A DNA stretch of 64,000 nucleotides from Halarcobacter sp. Lineage in GTDB: Bacteria > Campylobacterota > Campylobacteria > Campylobacterales > Arcobacteraceae. The translations under genes and the position numbers were made by a program. Of the stretch, positions 61,178-64,000 are shown piece by piece. The notes beneath the pieces were generated by a model that was given only the letters and a program-made list of their open reading frames with translations, ran no database searches and was not told the origin of the DNA. Location: the NCBI GenBank assembly GCA_963676565.1, contig OY781089.1, positions 160,001-224,000 on the forward strand, written 5' to 3'. Numbering within the stretch: position 1 is the first letter of the stretch; every line of letters starts with the position of its first letter.

Positions 61178-61675
61178 TTACCCTTCATCTTTATTATTTA
61201 TTTTATACTCTTGTAACATCTGTGTCAATAAAGAGGCATTTTTAGGACTTAAATACCTCATAAAAGATGTTACCTTTGCCTCTTTTAATCTTAAAATTAT
61301 ATCGAAAACTTCTTCAAGATTTCCATCACTAATCATTTGATTAAAAATTTCTGCAGCAATTTTAGGCTTCATTTTATTATAAATTGTTGAAAGTTTACTA
61401 TCAACTTCACCTTTTATATTAGATAAAAGCTGTTTATTTTCATCCCTTAGGGCTTGAATTTGTTTCTTCTCACTTTCTATTTTTTTTAATAAAGTTTCTA
61501 ACTCTTTTTTTCTTTCTTGGTATTCTTTTTCTTTTTTATTATAAAAATTGTTAAGTTCTTTTTTTAATTCTCTAACTTCTATTTTTTGTTTAATTAACAC
61601 TGCACTACTTACTCTTTCCTCTTGGGCAAAAGAAAATGAAAACAATAAAAATGTTGCTAAAATTAACCTATTCAA
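61178..61675 (-). CDS. MotE-like (MgtE-N/FlbB-type) flagellar protein
   Basis: Signal peptide, coiled coil, IYNKMKPKIAAEIF...LSPKNAS.LT. Confidence 0.7.
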   Translation of the reverse strand: MNRLILATFLLFSFSFAQEERVSSAVLIKQKIEVRELKKELNNFYNKKEKEYQERKKELETLLKKIESEKKQIQALRDENKQLLSNIKGEVDSKLSTIYNKMKPKIAAEIFNQMISDGNLEEVFDIILRLKEAKVTSFMRYLSPKNASLLTQMLQEYKINNKDEG

Positions 61676-62088
61676 AAATTCTCCTGTTCACTAATATATT
61701 TACTTTGGATATATTCACTTGCGGCTTCTTCTTCCATATAAAGAACTTTTCTAAAAGCTTCATCTTTTTGTTCTTTTAGAATGTAAGCGTATTGTTCCGT
61801 TTGCTTTTGTAATTCAACAATTTCTATAACTAAACTCTCAACTTGTTTTTGTAAAATAATCTTTTCATTATTAAGTTTTATTATATACTCTTTCATAGTG
61901 TTTTTATGAATTGCCAATACTGCAAAATCTGATATCGCTCCATGCTTTTGAACTGAAGTTGTATTAATTTTATTTTCTGTAAACATAATCTCATCTTCAA
62001 TACGAGAGATTTTTGCCATTAATTGACCTTTTTCAATTAACTTCTGATCAGTTTGCATTTTTTTTAATTCATGAAGCTTTGCTATCAT
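61672..62088 (-). CDS. FliJ-like coiled-coil protein
   Basis: About 140 aa, all-helical, between fliQ and the motE-like gene. Confidence 0.5.
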   Translation of the reverse strand: MIAKLHELKKMQTDQKLIEKGQLMAKISRIEDEIMFTENKINTTSVQKHGAISDFAVLAIHKNTMKEYIIKLNNEKIILQKQVESLVIEIVELQKQTEQYAYILKEQKDEAFRKVLYMEEEAASEYIQSKYISEQENF

Positions 62089-62089
62089 A

Positions 62090-62350
62090 TTACTGTCCAA
62101 AGGTTAATATCAAACCCCACAAATCGTTTGTATAGGTTTGGATATTATCACCTATCCAAGGTAATGAAATAAGAATAAAAACTGAAACAAATATAACTTT
62201 TGGGACAAAAGTTAATGATGCATCTGATACTTGAGTTACTGCTTGAAAAATTGAAATTATCAGACCAATAATCATACTTACTATAAGTGAAGGTAAACCA
62301 AGTATTAGGATTATTTTTACTGTATTTTCTGCAATACCAATTAAATCCAT
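62090..62350 (-). CDS. fliQ: Flagellar export protein FliQ
   Basis: GLIISIFQAVTQV.D.SLTFVPK. Confidence 0.96.
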   Translation of the reverse strand: MDLIGIAENTVKIILILGLPSLIVSMIIGLIISIFQAVTQVSDASLTFVPKVIFVSVFILISLPWIGDNIQTYTNDLWGLILTFGQ

Positions 62351-62351
62351 A

Positions 62352-63278
62352 CTAATCTTTAACTTTTACTGTAATCTCCAGCGTTTTGTTATTTAATAAC
62401 TGTGAGATTAGTTTTGCTATATCATCCACACTAGAACTTCCAATATCAATACTTTCTGATTTATTATCTTTTTGAAATTCAGTTGTTTGTATTTTTTTTG
62501 GAAGTGGTTGAGTTGACACCTCTTCATTACCTAAACCATCTAAAGCTGCCAAAATATCAGCTTCATTTAATGCATCAAATTCTGCAAATTCATTGGACAT
62601 GTCAACCCCTTGAGTATTCTCTTCTTTTTTTTCTTCTATAATATCAAAATCTTCTTCAAAACTCAAATCTTTAAGTGAAGATAACATATCTTCATTTTGA
62701 TTACCTTCTAAGCTTTCAATCTTTTTTTCATCTATTTGCTCAACAATTGAAGATAAATCATCAATCTCTTCAATCAATGGTTCTGATAAAGATTCTTTTT
62801 CATCCCTATGGGACAATAAACTACTTAATTCATCATCTAATTGAAAATAATTCTTTTCATCACCCTCATCTTTTTCATAAGCATCTTCAACAATCTCTAC
62901 AATTGAATCTTGAATATCATTTGATTCTTGTACAAACGCTTCAGCTTCAAGTTTTTTTATAATATGTCTTGATAATTCTTCCATTGAATCAACTGATATA
63001 TCACCAATTCCATGGTCTAATAAATACTCCTGATCAATACCATCTTTTGGCTTCAAAAAATTTATTTTTTGATTTAAAGTATTTTTTTTGATAATTTTGG
63101 AATCATCAATCAAATAGATGTTTTTTGGATTATCTTCAATGGCATTTTTTAGACTTTCTAAGGTTTTTAATTCTTTGATTTCACCGTTTTCGTCAAGCCT
63201 AAACTTTATGTTTGAATGATTTAGTAATTCTTTTATCTCTTTTTTGAAGCTTTCACTTCCATAAATATATATAATCAA
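62352..63278 (-). CDS. Highly acidic hypothetical protein heading the flagellar operon
   Basis: 308 aa with a D/E-rich middle region. Confidence 0.7.
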   Translation of the reverse strand: MIIYIYGSESFKKEIKELLNHSNIKFRLDENGEIKELKTLESLKNAIEDNPKNIYLIDDSKIIKKNTLNQKINFLKPKDGIDQEYLLDHGIGDISVDSMEELSRHIIKKLEAEAFVQESNDIQDSIVEIVEDAYEKDEGDEKNYFQLDDELSSLLSHRDEKESLSEPLIEEIDDLSSIVEQIDEKKIESLEGNQNEDMLSSLKDLSFEEDFDIIEEKKEENTQGVDMSNEFAEFDALNEADILAALDGLGNEEVSTQPLPKKIQTTEFQKDNKSESIDIGSSSVDDIAKLISQLLNNKTLEITVKVKD

Positions 63279-63368
63279 AGATAACCCTAAAATTATTTTT
63301 TAAAAAAATTATACCTATATTTTATAAAATTTTAGATAAAATATTTCAACAATCTTAGAGGTGTGAAT

Positions 63369-64000
63369 TTGAGGATACTAATAACTTTTTTTCTAATTAT
63401 AAATTTTTTATGTGCCATTACAATAAAAGATATTTCTAATATAGTTGGAATTAGAGATAACCAACTTATTGGATATGGTCTTGTTGTTGGATTAGCAGGT
63501 ACTGGAGACAAATCACAATTTACTATGCAATCTTTGCAAAATTTACTTAGAAACTCTTATATTAAAATACCAACATCATCAATAAAATCAAAAAATATTG
63601 CAGCTGTTATGGTAACAGCAGAATTACCTCCTTTTTCAAGACAAGGGGATAAAATAAAAGTAAAGATATCAGCAATTGGTGATGCTAAATCAATCGACCA
63701 TGGACAACTTTTACTAACTCAATTAAAAGCAGTAGATGGTCAAGTTTATGCATTAGCACAAGGTGCAATTGTTTCAGACTTAGAAAACCCAACAACAGGT
63801 TATATCTATGAGGGTGGAACTATTGAAAATGAGGTTGATTATTCTTTACAGAATGAAGATTCTATTACCTTAAGTTTATTTAAAAATGACGCTAAACAAG
63901 CCTTTACAGTAGAAGAAAAAATAAATAAAAAATTTGGTCAAAATATTGCTATGGCTATTGATACAAGAACAGTAAAGGTAAAAAAGCCTGCAAATATTTC
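63369..64000 (+). CDS. flgI: Flagellar P-ring protein; 3' end outside window
   Basis: Not in ORF track. TTG at 63369 after GAGGTG: MRILITFFLIINFLCAITIKDISNIVGIRDNQLIGYGLVVGLAGTGD...NIAAVMVTAELPPF. Confidence 0.96.
   Translation, partial: MRILITFFLIINFLCAITIKDISNIVGIRDNQLIGYGLVVGLAGTGDKSQFTMQSLQNLLRNSYIKIPTSSIKSKNIAAVMVTAELPPFSRQGDKIKVKISAIGDAKSIDHGQLLLTQLKAVDGQVYALAQGAIVSDLENPTTGYIYEGGTIENEVDYSLQNEDSITLSLFKNDAKQAFTVEEKINKKFGQNIAMAIDTRTVKVKKPANI

Noticed and set aside
60663..61340. 225-aa plus-strand ORF and the many other short antisense or alternate-frame ORFs (e.g. 418-648, 867-1148, 3817-4173, 11895-12275, 34801-35208)
   Set aside because: They lie opposite or inside well-supported genes, have S/F/I/L-rich shadow composition and show no recognisable motifs.

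Overview
Very AT-rich bacterial chromosome segment. Gene content and order (NavAb-like channel, holA-rnr-ilvC-dprA, class II DAHP synthase, HQWRQPL-type kinases) point to Campylobacterota, most likely Arcobacteraceae (inference). Bases 1-4341 are an integron-type gene-cassette array on the minus strand that runs off the left edge. It contains at least 8 unrelated genes, four long attC-like palindromes (three of them near-identical 61-mers), a short atypical attC, a collapsed 19-bp site, a 31-bp ORF-less hairpin insert and an attI-like head site at about 4341. No integrase gene lies next to it or anywhere in the window. Cargo includes an HNH nuclease and a small 2-TM protein coupled to a nucleotidyl-cyclase-like ORF (candidate defence genes). 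The rest is mostly core genome: a Fur-boxed Fe(III) ABC system with two binding proteins, rpsF-ssb-rpsR, holA, rnr, ilvC, dprA, murC, dapC, tgt, gatC, DAHP synthase, tal, serB, ruvX, acpS, panC, rimO, tilS and a flagellar cluster (fliS-fliD-flgK-flgH-fliL-fliQ, partial flgI). A 10-kb signalling block holds four paralogous periplasmic binding proteins, two histidine kinases, an orphan TolC and a diguanylate cyclase. Non-coding highlights are a 121-bp palindromic element at the array head and a 30-nt Shine-Dalgarno-pairing motif found twice with three compensatory base changes. No rRNA, tRNA or CRISPR array was seen. All protein calls come from motif recognition by eye, without database searches.
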